The notes under the pieces are model-generated. The model saw only the letters and a program-made list of their open reading frames with translations, did not search any database and was not told the DNA's origin. The position numbers and the translations under genes were made by a program. A stretch of 64,000 nucleotides of DNA from a bacterium (GTDB lineage Bacteria > Zhuqueibacterota > Zhuqueibacteria > Residuimicrobiales > Krinioviventaceae): positions 1,184,001-1,248,000 of the forward strand of contig CAXXMD010000003.1 of assembly GCA_963675755.2 (NCBI GenBank). The letters are read 5' to 3'. Positions 31,001-39,869 of this stretch are shown in pieces. Each line of letters begins with the position of its first letter. Positions within the stretch are counted from its first letter, which is position 1.

Positions 31001-31219
31001 TGGAATCCCGCAGTTGAGGTTCAAGCCACAGACCGCGCACACCGTATAGGACAAGAGAAAAAGGTTTTCGTCTATCGCCTGATCACCAAAGAAAGCGTGG
31101 AAGAAAAAATGCTGACCCTGCAGGATAAAAAGAAACAACTGGTATCTGACCTCATCACCACAGATTCCGGATTTTTCAAAAGTTTAACACGTGAAAACGT
31201 GGAAATGCTGTTTGCCTGA
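28046..31219 (+). CDS. SWIM zinc-finger SNF2 family helicase/ATPase
   Basis: CTC...CEH SWIM motif, LADDMGLGKT, LDESQKIKN, LTGTPVEN, ISLKAGGTGLNL, QATDRAHRIGQ. Confidence 0.95.
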   Translation: MMNITLENIKAYSNDSVYKKGVRLYKQSKVELLETGLVQFKATVENDETHNVQVEQENGKFYSSCTCPSWGTCEHVIAALLEAKTWYNENQENLIQLQSQPQWKSFFDQVIESQIYSLPTSEDNSMQKWKIVFIIQFDNESWSLTPQKAYVKKDGSIGRFANIGEFDPNSKELLYAENDPIIISYLQKLEQQQNSFYNYRYYGNNHDYDISSFHFKYGSKLGPLFDFLQNSTLLLKTNENTDPIEFGKACSINFEFENINEHYSLSPAITRGQKTEKLNPEYHILSEQPVWVIRKNKIYKIDNQEYSGLLLPFTKDTIDLQIPKAEFPDFLENIYPQLSLFSSIPLPDSVPVKHQNSISHCVLTLKETEDYLEITPTFNYGGHLIDPNESQFNIFRKEDEIVTLISRDIKNENRILESLLKSGLKTSPRGPFRLINSKVLKWMFKNIPHLREKGFVLDGIDELENFRIRTGEPNVRMAVTTKIDWFDLNIEIDIEGVPLALSELRRAVKQNKKYVRLKDNSIAKLPEEWFQKFKHLFNFSHSDDQEIQVAKYHVTLIDSLFEDAEDKIVDEEYNFNLERLQGFKGIEQQELPANLNSVLRDYQKAGFDWLYFLKKYNFGGCLADDMGLGKTLQTLSLLLKEKKLGNKNPSLIVCPTSVVFNWEQEIKKFTPELNVMVHTGNYRQRNIDGFEEYDIILTSYGIMRRDVTFLRDLDFHYIVLDESQKIKNPQSQTAKAVRILNSRYKLVLTGTPVENNTIELWSQFSFLNPGLLGPLPYFKAFFTNPIEKKQDTETAALLKRLIYPFILRRTKENVAPELPPKIEQTVFCSMNPEQQQLYQYWKNYYRSMILEKIDTVGIDKARMNILEGLVKLRQIACHPHLIDNTINEDSGKFEYLKESIEEIIAEDHKILLFSQFVRMLKLLQAHLDEVGIPYVYLDGNTRNRQECVERFQNDKNIKIFLISLKAGGTGLNLTEADYVIHYDPWWNPAVEVQATDRAHRIGQEKKVFVYRLITKESVEEKMLTLQDKKKQLVSDLITTDSGFFKSLTRENVEMLFA

Positions 31220-31233
31220 TAAAGGAGCGCTCC

Positions 31234-31497
31234 ATGAAAATTGACCAGAAATTTTTTGACCAAACCGTTAAAAATTACCTGGAATTCATTCAGGACAAGG
31301 TGTCTGAATACCCCATGGAAAAACAGCTGGAAATTGTAGCGGTCATTTCGCAACTACGTAAAATCAAACTGGACAACCTTTCGGAACAGGATTGGAAAAC
31401 CATTCTCCTCGCAAATAAAATATTTGCAGAAACTCCTTATAAACAAGACATGATCAATATTTTCAGATATACAAACGACTTGTTTCTTGATGACTGA
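31234..31497 (+). CDS. Small hypothetical helical protein
   Basis: 87 aa, strong AAGGAG SD, 14 nt after the SNF2 stop. Confidence 0.65.
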   Translation: MKIDQKFFDQTVKNYLEFIQDKVSEYPMEKQLEIVAVISQLRKIKLDNLSEQDWKTILLANKIFAETPYKQDMINIFRYTNDLFLDD

Positions 31498-31578
31498 AAA
31501 GATGTTTTTTAATAATCAATTATATGAATAATTTCACCACTGGCTCTGTTTTCTGATATATACAATTTGGAGGCTAAC

Positions 31579-31821
31579 ATGAATATAGTCGTATTTCTGC
31601 TTGTGGGACTGATCGCGGGATGGCTTGCCGGTCAGATCATGAAGGATAAAAAACGTAAATTACTGGGAAACCTGATTGTTGGTGTACTCGGTGCGATCAT
31701 TGGCGGATTTTTGTTTAATGCACTGGGGCTGGCAGCTTTTGGTATCCTCGGTTCTATTATCATGGCAACCATAGGTGCTGTTGTGCTATTGTGGCTGCTC
31801 AGACTCATCAATAAAAAATAA
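31579..31821 (+). CDS. GlsB/YeaQ/YmgE (transglycosylase-associated) membrane protein
   Basis: VGLIAGWLAG...GNLIVGVLGAIIGG...ATIGAVVLL. GGAGG SD before ATG 31579. Confidence 0.93.
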   Translation: MNIVVFLLVGLIAGWLAGQIMKDKKRKLLGNLIVGVLGAIIGGFLFNALGLAAFGILGSIIMATIGAVVLLWLLRLINKK

Positions 31822-31876
31822 ATCTATTTTTATCAACAGCCTTGTTTCTTTGAGAATAAATATTTTTCCCAAGAAA

Positions 31877-32887
31877 TCAAGGCTCTGTTACCCACAAATC
31901 CCCATAACCGCTAAAGGTCATATCATACACTTTTTTGACTTGCTGGTCTGTACTTTTATGTATCAAAACATAAGATTCCGCTATATTCATATCTGCATCA
32001 AATTTACGTAAAATGTAACGATCATTATCATAACAGTACATCCCCTTGTAATAAGCCATAGCACGTAAATTATTTGCCTCAATCGTGTACTGGTCGGTTA
32101 TTTTTGAAAAATCCGTTTTATCGTGCCTGAAAATAGAATTTTGTGAACAGGAATATACATGCCCATCTGCTATATTTAAACAGAGCCCTTTAATATTTTG
32201 AGTCATTTTATGGGTTCTCTGCACTGTAAATTGATTCAGGTCCAATTGATATAAAGAATCTGGTCCCACGCATGCCAGTACAACCTCCCGGTGATAGGTC
32301 ATTCCCGTTACATTCTTTTTATTAAACGGGGACATGAAATAATTCTCAAATTCCCAATGGTTCACATTGTACTTGTATTTCCGTAACAGTTCGGCATTAA
32401 CTAACGGATACTGGCCAGTCAACGCTCCCATCCACATTTCGTTACAGACAAGGCGGGAGCCATTACTGGCAATTGCCGGATTCGTTGTCATGGATGAAGT
32501 GCTGAACACATTACACATAAAGATTTTGGGGATTTCTATCACAACCGTAGAATCTTTGTGCCCAATTTCCAGCTTGTCCCAGGCATCAATCCAGTACTCC
32601 CCAATCTGATAATCAATATAATACGTCCCCGGATAAATGGGATCAAACTCGAAATTTCCATTACTGTCTGATTCAACAACCTGGGTGCCAAAGGTTACAT
32701 CGTAAAGCATGTGCACCTGCCGGATCTGTATGGACACCCCGGTCAATAATTCACCACTGTCCATATCGATAGTTTGGCCGCTGAACCGGTAACTGGGAAT
32801 CAATGGACGTGTAATATCATGATTCTGCTTTTTCCAACAGGAAAGCAAAGACAAAAAAACAATTAATACCAGAAACTTTTTTACCAT
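31877..32887 (-). CDS. Lipoprotein with a carboxypeptidase-regulatory-like domain and a probable beta-propeller
   Basis: Lipobox LLSC, SGQTID..SGELLTGVSI, SDSNGNFEF...PGTY, and a beta-rich C-terminus ending DLWVTEP. Confidence 0.7.
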   Translation of the reverse strand: MVKKFLVLIVFLSLLSCWKKQNHDITRPLIPSYRFSGQTIDMDSGELLTGVSIQIRQVHMLYDVTFGTQVVESDSNGNFEFDPIYPGTYYIDYQIGEYWIDAWDKLEIGHKDSTVVIEIPKIFMCNVFSTSSMTTNPAIASNGSRLVCNEMWMGALTGQYPLVNAELLRKYKYNVNHWEFENYFMSPFNKKNVTGMTYHREVVLACVGPDSLYQLDLNQFTVQRTHKMTQNIKGLCLNIADGHVYSCSQNSIFRHDKTDFSKITDQYTIEANNLRAMAYYKGMYCYDNDRYILRKFDADMNIAESYVLIHKSTDQQVKKVYDMTFSGYGDLWVTEP

Positions 32888-33013
32888 GATATCCCCAATA
32901 TATTATAATTAAAAATAAAAATTATCAACAAAACAGCAAACGTTTTTTTGTTTGAGTGTTTGCATTTTTTGGGGGTTTTCCGTATTATTATAGAAACCCA
33001 ACAGGAAAATTTC

Positions 33014-34021
33014 ATGCATCCTTTAAAAATAAGCCGATTGATCTCTGGTGGACTGATCACAAACTACAACTGTTCATCCACATGCAGGCATTGTTTATAC
33101 CGATGCAGTCCGCGGTGGGACAATGACTATATCTCTACTGATATCGTAAAAAGTAACCTGGAAAAGGTAAAATCCCTGGGCTGCCATTCTATGCATATTG
33201 GCGGAGGCGAACCCATGCTCAAGCCAGACATGCTGATTGATGTACTGGATACAGCGCAAGAGCTGGGTGTATCGATTGAATATGTGGAAACCAATTCGTC
33301 ATGGTTTTATGATCATCTCTCAGCCCTCGATATGCTGCGTAATTTACGCACGCATGGACTGAATACGCTGCTGGTTTCCATCAGTCCGTTTCATGTAGAG
33401 TATATTCCCTTTGCCAAAGTTAAAGGAGTTATCCGTGCATGTCAGCAAACCGGCATGAACATCTTTCCCTGGATCAGTGATTTTTATGACGAACTGGACA
33501 AGCTGCCAGATGACAGAAAACACAAAATGCAGGAATATATTGACCTGTTTGGCGACCAATGGCCGCAGAGCGTTTTGAACCGCTATTGGCTCTCTACCGG
33601 CGGCCGAACGCTTGATCTGCTACGCACGTTCAGCAGCAGACGGATTCCGTTGGAACGGTTACGCAACAGCAATCACGGCTGTCATGAACTGACTGAAACC
33701 GGTCATTTCCATGTGGACCTGTATGGCTATTACATTCCCGGACTCTGTACCGGCTTGGGCATTCAAGCCAGCGATCTGGGATCAGAACTGAATCCGCAAG
33801 ACTATCCACTCATTACTTTGTTATACAACAATGGAATTAACGGATTGTTGACTTTTGCGGAAACAGAATATGGATACAAAGCAAAACACAATGCCTATGT
33901 AGCAAAATGCGAGCTTTGCGCAGAGATCAGGACTTTTCTGGTGAATGAGAAAAATGTAAAATCTAAAGAACTGCATCCACAGGGACATTACGACGAGATC
34001 AACAGAGCTGCCAATTCCTGA
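33014..34021 (+). CDS. Radical SAM protein of unknown function
   Basis: CSSTCRHC (CxxxCxxC), GGGEP, VETNSSW and a C-terminal KCELC. Start ATG 33014 with AGGA SD. Confidence 0.9.
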   Translation: MHPLKISRLISGGLITNYNCSSTCRHCLYRCSPRWDNDYISTDIVKSNLEKVKSLGCHSMHIGGGEPMLKPDMLIDVLDTAQELGVSIEYVETNSSWFYDHLSALDMLRNLRTHGLNTLLVSISPFHVEYIPFAKVKGVIRACQQTGMNIFPWISDFYDELDKLPDDRKHKMQEYIDLFGDQWPQSVLNRYWLSTGGRTLDLLRTFSSRRIPLERLRNSNHGCHELTETGHFHVDLYGYYIPGLCTGLGIQASDLGSELNPQDYPLITLLYNNGINGLLTFAETEYGYKAKHNAYVAKCELCAEIRTFLVNEKNVKSKELHPQGHYDEINRAANS

Positions 34022-34024
34022 TTC

Positions 34025-34813
34025 TTAATTTTTATATTTTTTAACTGCTTTTGCAATTTTTTTCCTGATCTTTTTTTCAGAGGGTGGCGGTCCGGTACTC
34101 AGTTCTTTTCCATTAATAAAAATACCATCCGAGATTCCCCACTCCCTATATGTGTCACGGTCTGTTGTATCAATCTCATGCATACGGATTACCTCTCCAT
34201 ACTCTGAGGCTATATTTCGGGTCCGTTCATATACCATATTAAACGCAGGACACCAACCATTTTTAAAAATGGTAATCTCGGGGCTATCAGGATTTGTTAT
34301 CCGCTTACGATTTGGAGCAATCCATTTCGGAGGTTCCGCGCTATCCTCAAACGCTTTCCACAACAGAACCTGAACACCCTGCTTGTCTGTTTTGACATAG
34401 CCCTGCTTTTTAAACCAGCTTGCTTTCATCCATGCTGGAATAGCGAGACCCCACGCAGCCAGACCCTTAGCACCAAGCGCTTTAACATCATCTTCTGCGG
34501 CTTGTATTAAAGCTTTGCCCATCCCCTGCTTTTGAAAATTTCCACGTCCTTTTTTATGCCCATGCACCCAGATACAAAGAACCATGTATAAATCTTTTCC
34601 CTCGGCAAAGGATTCTTCAATAGGCAGATATTGGATCATCCCACCAATCTCACCGGAATCATCCACCGCCAATTTTACCCGTAATCCCCGGTTTTTCATG
34701 GTATGAAACCAGTTTTTCTTGTGGTCAGCCGCATCTTTAATCTCGTCAGACCAGTCCTCTAGACAGACAAAATAGAGCGGTTGATGTGCTTCTGACAAAT
34801 CAATAATTTGCAT
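34025..34813 (-). CDS. GNAT N-acetyltransferase with a C-terminal thioredoxin-like (YoaP-like) domain
   Basis: GMIQYLP, LCIWV, QKQGMGKALI, WFKKQGY, then WCPAF and GIFINGK. Confidence 0.8.
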   Translation of the reverse strand: MQIIDLSEAHQPLYFVCLEDWSDEIKDAADHKKNWFHTMKNRGLRVKLAVDDSGEIGGMIQYLPIEESFAEGKDLYMVLCIWVHGHKKGRGNFQKQGMGKALIQAAEDDVKALGAKGLAAWGLAIPAWMKASWFKKQGYVKTDKQGVQVLLWKAFEDSAEPPKWIAPNRKRITNPDSPEITIFKNGWCPAFNMVYERTRNIASEYGEVIRMHEIDTTDRDTYREWGISDGIFINGKELSTGPPPSEKKIRKKIAKAVKKYKN

Positions 34814-34953
34814 ATATACCCCTGATGTTATTTACTCTTTAATAGTATTTATTCACAACAAAAATGTCAAGTTAAATTAATATGAATTTAAACCATCTAT
34901 TTTGAATCCTGCAAGGGGGTTTCTCATCAAATTAATAGAAAACAATACAGGAA

Positions 34954-35508
34954 ATGGACATGATTGACAAAAACCGCTTTGAACAAGGCTATACATTTAA
35001 CGAAATGTTACAAAAATATCCCGATCAGCTTGAACTGCATCAGCATCATTATAACAAAACCGCAATCCAGGATGATGACCGCAATCTGATCAAAAACGCC
35101 GGAGACTTGAACATAATGGTACTAACCATACCCTGGTGTGGAGACTCGGTTGCAACACTACCTGTGCTATTCAAACTGGTTGAAGGATTGGACAATGTAA
35201 AGCTGCGCATCCTTGAGCGGGATGATCATCCGGACATCATGGATAATTACCTGACCAACGGTGGCAGGGCTGTACCAAAGTTTGTATTTTTCGACGGAGA
35301 ATTCAATGAACTGGGCAATTGGGGTCCACGTCCCAAATCCTTTCAGGATATTTTCGAACAATATCGCCCCAAAATCAAATCCGGTGAAATCAGCAAAGAA
35401 ACCGTCCATCAGATCCTGCGGAAAGAATATGCCAAAGATCGTGGCAAAACCATCATCAGGGAAATGATGGAACTACTGACAAAAAAGTTCGTTCATTCTA
35501 AATTTTAA
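34954..35508 (+). CDS. Thioredoxin-like protein (Thioredoxin_9 type, CxxS)
   Basis: PWCGDS, RDDHPDIMDNYLTNGGRAVP, WGPRP. Confidence 0.88.
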   Translation: MDMIDKNRFEQGYTFNEMLQKYPDQLELHQHHYNKTAIQDDDRNLIKNAGDLNIMVLTIPWCGDSVATLPVLFKLVEGLDNVKLRILERDDHPDIMDNYLTNGGRAVPKFVFFDGEFNELGNWGPRPKSFQDIFEQYRPKIKSGEISKETVHQILRKEYAKDRGKTIIREMMELLTKKFVHSKF

Positions 35509-35629
35509 AACATTCCCCAGACTACTACTCTTACCACACAGATTTTTTATTTAGACTTTTCCTATTACAATACTTTAGATTTTCATTTCTCAAACTTTAC
35601 TCCGTAATCTTTTCCAACAGATCAAATTC

Positions 35630-35645
35630 TTGGAACAATTTTTGC
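35630..35645 (+). promoter_or_regulatory. Putative sigma54 promoter of the CotH-VTC operon
   Basis: TTGGAACAATTTTTGC has GG-N10-GC spacing, about 105 nt upstream of ATG 35752. Confidence 0.5.
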
Positions 35646-35751
35646 GCGAGCAGGTATTATAAACATACAGCAAATTTACAATTTCTTAACATAAATTTAA
35701 TATAGTTTTGATTTTCGTCAAAATAATATTATATTCTACATCGGGTGGAAA

Positions 35752-38379
35752 ATGTTAAAATTTCCCAAAATTTATAAATTATTATATTTTTTTATGACAC
35801 TTTTTATAATGTTGTTTGTCTCGCTATTATATGCGGATGAGCTTCCAGAATATTATATAATTATTGACCTGGCATGGCTTGAAACGCTTGACAACAATCC
35901 ATACGAAGATACTTATTATCCCGCCAAGTTTGCTTGCGATGATAAAATCTATGAATGTCAGGTCAGGTACAGAGGTGCGTCTTCTCGCAACTATCCCAAA
36001 AAGAGTTGGAAGATTGATTTGTTTAATGATAATAATACTTTTGATTGTGAAAGGATAAATCTCAATGCAGAATATATTGATAACACAATGCTTCGCAATC
36101 ACCTCACGAACAAACTCTATAAAAGCATGGGATTTCCAGCCCCCAAAACAAAACACGCAAAACTATATGTTAATAATGAGTTTAGAGGTGTCTATTTATG
36201 CATACAAAACATAGATGAATACTTTTTGGATGATAACGACCGTCAAAAAAACAGCTTATTTAAAGCAGTAAACCATAGCGCCAACATGGCCCCCCTTTGT
36301 CACTTTGATGAATATCCAATTTCATGGGAACAAAAAATTGGTGACCCAAAAGATTACCAAAAACTGATAACCCTTTTAAACAAGCTCTATTATTACAACA
36401 ATACGGATTTTGTTAATAATATTGAAAACATGGTTAATGTTGAAAATATAATCAACTATTTTGCGATTGAATTTGTAATATCCAGTTATGATTGCTTTAC
36501 AAAAAATTTGTTCTTTTATTTAAATCCCCAAACAGGTCTTTGGGAGATATTTCCATGGGACAATGATGCAGCCTGGGGCTTTTCCTGGAAAGGTGAATAC
36601 ATTCAAGATTATGAGACATTTTATTATGACAGCCCTTTAAAAAACCAGCTCCTTTTTCAAAGATTGTTAGAGCATGAAAAATATAAAAAAATGTTCTGGG
36701 ATGTCGTTCTAACCATTATAAACGAAAAATTTTCGCACCTTCTTTCTGAAATAGATAATGATGTAACCCAAATACAATCAGATATTTATAGCGACACCTT
36801 TAAAAGATGTACAAATCAGGAATTTGACGAATCAGTAATAGAATTAAAATCCTTTTTTTCAAAACGTAAAGATTTCTTGAAAACCAAAACAACCTTTAAC
36901 AGACCACAGCTCTCAAACTTTTATTGTTCCAATCCATTTCCCACTCCGGATTCCACAGTCACTTTTCAGGTTAAATCATCTCAATCCCAGAATATAAATT
37001 TGAATATCATTAAAGATATGGATTGGGAAGGCACTGCCGGATTTGAGTTGTATACCGTTCCTATGTATGACGATGGCAATCATAATGACAGTCTGGCAGG
37101 TGATCTTTTATATGGCTGTCAGGTTGAATTTAAAAATTTTTCACCACAGATCTTGCCGTATTATTTCTCAATTGAAAATTATGATTTTCCGGCAAACGGT
37201 CACTTTTACATAAAATTCAACAGCTCTCACTCTCATGCAATACGTCTGTTTGATGAGGAAATGAATATAAAACAAAACATTCAACTCGGTAGTATTTATA
37301 AAATAGGAAACAACTATACAGTTCAACTGTACAACAACTCTGACAAAGATATTGATCTTTCATATTGCACACTTCAATCCGGGAAATATTGGAATCAGTT
37401 TCTCATACCGCAAGGCACAATAGTTCAGGCTAAAAAAAGTCTTTATATATCATCAGACACCGAGCTTTCTACGGTAACCATAACCAAAGAAAAAACAATT
37501 GGTAACGCGATACTTGAAATAGCAATAGGTGATTCAATTACCTTACTTTCCCCGGCTCAAATAAAAATCACATCAAAATGCTGTACTCATTTTGAACCGC
37601 TTCATAGTGAGCCTATAGACATTGTAATCAATGAAATCAATTACAACTCGGCAGAACAGTTTGATGTTGGTGATTGGCTTGAATTGTTCAATCCCAACGA
37701 TACTGTTACAGATATCTCTTACTGGTCAATTTCAGATGGTGATTTGGATAACATGTACCGCTTTCCTGCAAACACCAAAATCCTTCCAAATGATTTTATG
37801 GTAATTTGTTCTGACATGGAGGACTTTGAATCGGGTTTTCCAAATGTAGAAAAAATCATAGGTGAAATGGATTTCAAACTAAGTGCTTCCGGAGAACAGC
37901 TGGTCCTCTATGATGCGTTACACAATACCATAGACTCTGTAGCATTTGACGATCACGCACCCTGGCCCGAAGGTCCGGATGGCAGTGGTGCAACCCTTGA
38001 ATTGATCAATCCATTGCTTGACAATAATGTAGCACAACATTGGGCAGCTTCTGATAATTTTGGTAGTCCGTGTGCTTTTAACAGCAGGTACAGCAAAATC
38101 GATACAACGGAGCAGCCTGCAAATAATTCGTACCTGCGACAAAATTTCCCAAATCCTTTTAACGAAAAAACCCATATCAGCTTTATTTCAAAATTAAATC
38201 AAAAAGTTGAAATAAAAATATACAACATAACCGGTCAGCTTGTTGTATCACTCACTCCTTCAACAAACACTTTTATGGTTACATGGAATACCCTCAATCA
38301 AAGCTCAGGCGTATATTTTTATCAATTGGTTGTAAATAATAAAATAGTAGATACTAAAAAGGCAGTACTGTTTAAATGA
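35752..38379 (+). CDS. Secreted CotH-family kinase with lamin-tail domains and a C-terminal sorting domain
   Basis: RYRGASSR..PKKSWKI, NLNAEY.D, GVYL.IQ.ID, SYD.FTKN, FPWDND. Also MYDDGNHND.AGD (choice-of-anchor-X-like), IVINEINY and QNFPNPFN...SGVYFY. Confidence 0.88.
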   Translation: MLKFPKIYKLLYFFMTLFIMLFVSLLYADELPEYYIIIDLAWLETLDNNPYEDTYYPAKFACDDKIYECQVRYRGASSRNYPKKSWKIDLFNDNNTFDCERINLNAEYIDNTMLRNHLTNKLYKSMGFPAPKTKHAKLYVNNEFRGVYLCIQNIDEYFLDDNDRQKNSLFKAVNHSANMAPLCHFDEYPISWEQKIGDPKDYQKLITLLNKLYYYNNTDFVNNIENMVNVENIINYFAIEFVISSYDCFTKNLFFYLNPQTGLWEIFPWDNDAAWGFSWKGEYIQDYETFYYDSPLKNQLLFQRLLEHEKYKKMFWDVVLTIINEKFSHLLSEIDNDVTQIQSDIYSDTFKRCTNQEFDESVIELKSFFSKRKDFLKTKTTFNRPQLSNFYCSNPFPTPDSTVTFQVKSSQSQNINLNIIKDMDWEGTAGFELYTVPMYDDGNHNDSLAGDLLYGCQVEFKNFSPQILPYYFSIENYDFPANGHFYIKFNSSHSHAIRLFDEEMNIKQNIQLGSIYKIGNNYTVQLYNNSDKDIDLSYCTLQSGKYWNQFLIPQGTIVQAKKSLYISSDTELSTVTITKEKTIGNAILEIAIGDSITLLSPAQIKITSKCCTHFEPLHSEPIDIVINEINYNSAEQFDVGDWLELFNPNDTVTDISYWSISDGDLDNMYRFPANTKILPNDFMVICSDMEDFESGFPNVEKIIGEMDFKLSASGEQLVLYDALHNTIDSVAFDDHAPWPEGPDGSGATLELINPLLDNNVAQHWAASDNFGSPCAFNSRYSKIDTTEQPANNSYLRQNFPNPFNEKTHISFISKLNQKVEIKIYNITGQLVVSLTPSTNTFMVTWNTLNQSSGVYFYQLVVNNKIVDTKKAVLFK

Positions 38380-39869
38380 TGAACAAACTATATAATATAT
38401 TATTTTTGTCCCTTTTGGTTCTGGCCTATTGTTCAAGAGACAATTCTATAGATCCCGAGACATCCTTTGTATCTGAATATGAATTCATAACATTGCACCA
38501 AATGTGTCAAAACTGTCCTTTACCTGTTATTGTTCTCCCCAAAGAGAACGACCTGTTTTTTGGCAACAATACCAAACAAAGCTATTCCCTGGCTTTTAAC
38601 CAACAAACCAGCAGTAAAGACTTTTTCCTAAAAAAAGGGACCGGGTGCGCAATCATTGAAACGGGATTGCAAAACACATTTACATTCGAAATTGAAAATA
38701 TTACAGAAAGAAAAACCATAAATACTATCACGCTTCCTGAAAAACATGTCAGTGGTAATCTGAATGGATTTACAGAATGGAAAAGCGATACCTGTTATAT
38801 CGTTGATAGTGACCTCACCATTCAGACAAGTGACGAATTAAAAATTCAGGAAGGCACTATTGTACTTTTGAAAAACACGGTAAATCTATTTGTTTATGGA
38901 AAACTGTTAATTGAAGGCTCAAAAGACAAACCTGTCTATTTTACTGCATATGAAGCGAATGGTGCCTGGGGAGGAATAGAATATATCAATACTACTGCAA
39001 ATCTGTCTTTTTGTATTTTCAATAACGGAGGCGCTGACCAGGAAAAAGAATTTGGGCATTCGCACAGTCAACCGGTTTTAATGTTCAATGAATCTGACTC
39101 AGCTTTGGACCATTGTTTTCTTTTTGACAATCCCGGTAAAGCATTAGGAACAAAATCCTGTACAGTGACAATTGATAATTGTCTAATCTCAAGATGCGAT
39201 ACGGGAGGTGAATTTTTGGGCAGCCTGATGACCATTACCAATACTCGTGTTATGGATATGCCCAATGACGATGGAATTTTTGTGGATGACGATAATGACG
39301 GTTTCTATTTCTCTAGCCACGCGGATACCGATGAACCTTCACGGGTGGAACACTGTCTCATTATGACGGGCAAAGACGACGCCATAGATCACAACAAAGC
39401 CAAGCTGGTAATCAATGACTGTCTGCTGATGGACTGTATGCATGAAGGATTGGCTGCCTCTAATGCAAACTATGCCAGAATTAGCAACTGTGTAGTTTCT
39501 GGCTGTGAACAGGGAATTGAAGCAGGGTATTATGAACCTAATGTCTTTGTCGATCATTGCGTGGTTATAAATAACAAATTTGGACTTCGTTTTGGTGATT
39601 CATATGATTGGGGATGTAACGGTTCTATGCAGGTCACCAATACCATCCTCTATAATAATGAAGATAATATTTACAATTTTGACATAAAAAAACAGGGTAC
39701 AGTTGAAAATGCTATAAATATCAGTTATTCAATAACCAACGATCCGGATTACAACAATTCCCCGAATTGTATTTCTGGCACCCCTTTATTCAATAATCAA
39801 TATCAATTATTGTCCGGTTCTCCCGGACTAGGATCAGGGACAAACAACAGTAATATAGGTTTAAATTGA
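38376..39869 (+). CDS. Right-handed beta-helix repeat (lipo)protein
   Basis: Lipobox-like LAYC, GSKDKPVYFT..WGGI, repeated Cys/Asn-ladder rungs and acidic DDDNDG/DDAID loops. ATGA overlap with the upstream gene. Confidence 0.8.
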   Translation: MMNKLYNILFLSLLVLAYCSRDNSIDPETSFVSEYEFITLHQMCQNCPLPVIVLPKENDLFFGNNTKQSYSLAFNQQTSSKDFFLKKGTGCAIIETGLQNTFTFEIENITERKTINTITLPEKHVSGNLNGFTEWKSDTCYIVDSDLTIQTSDELKIQEGTIVLLKNTVNLFVYGKLLIEGSKDKPVYFTAYEANGAWGGIEYINTTANLSFCIFNNGGADQEKEFGHSHSQPVLMFNESDSALDHCFLFDNPGKALGTKSCTVTIDNCLISRCDTGGEFLGSLMTITNTRVMDMPNDDGIFVDDDNDGFYFSSHADTDEPSRVEHCLIMTGKDDAIDHNKAKLVINDCLLMDCMHEGLAASNANYARISNCVVSGCEQGIEAGYYEPNVFVDHCVVINNKFGLRFGDSYDWGCNGSMQVTNTILYNNEDNIYNFDIKKQGTVENAINISYSITNDPDYNNSPNCISGTPLFNNQYQLLSGSPGLGSGTNNSNIGLN

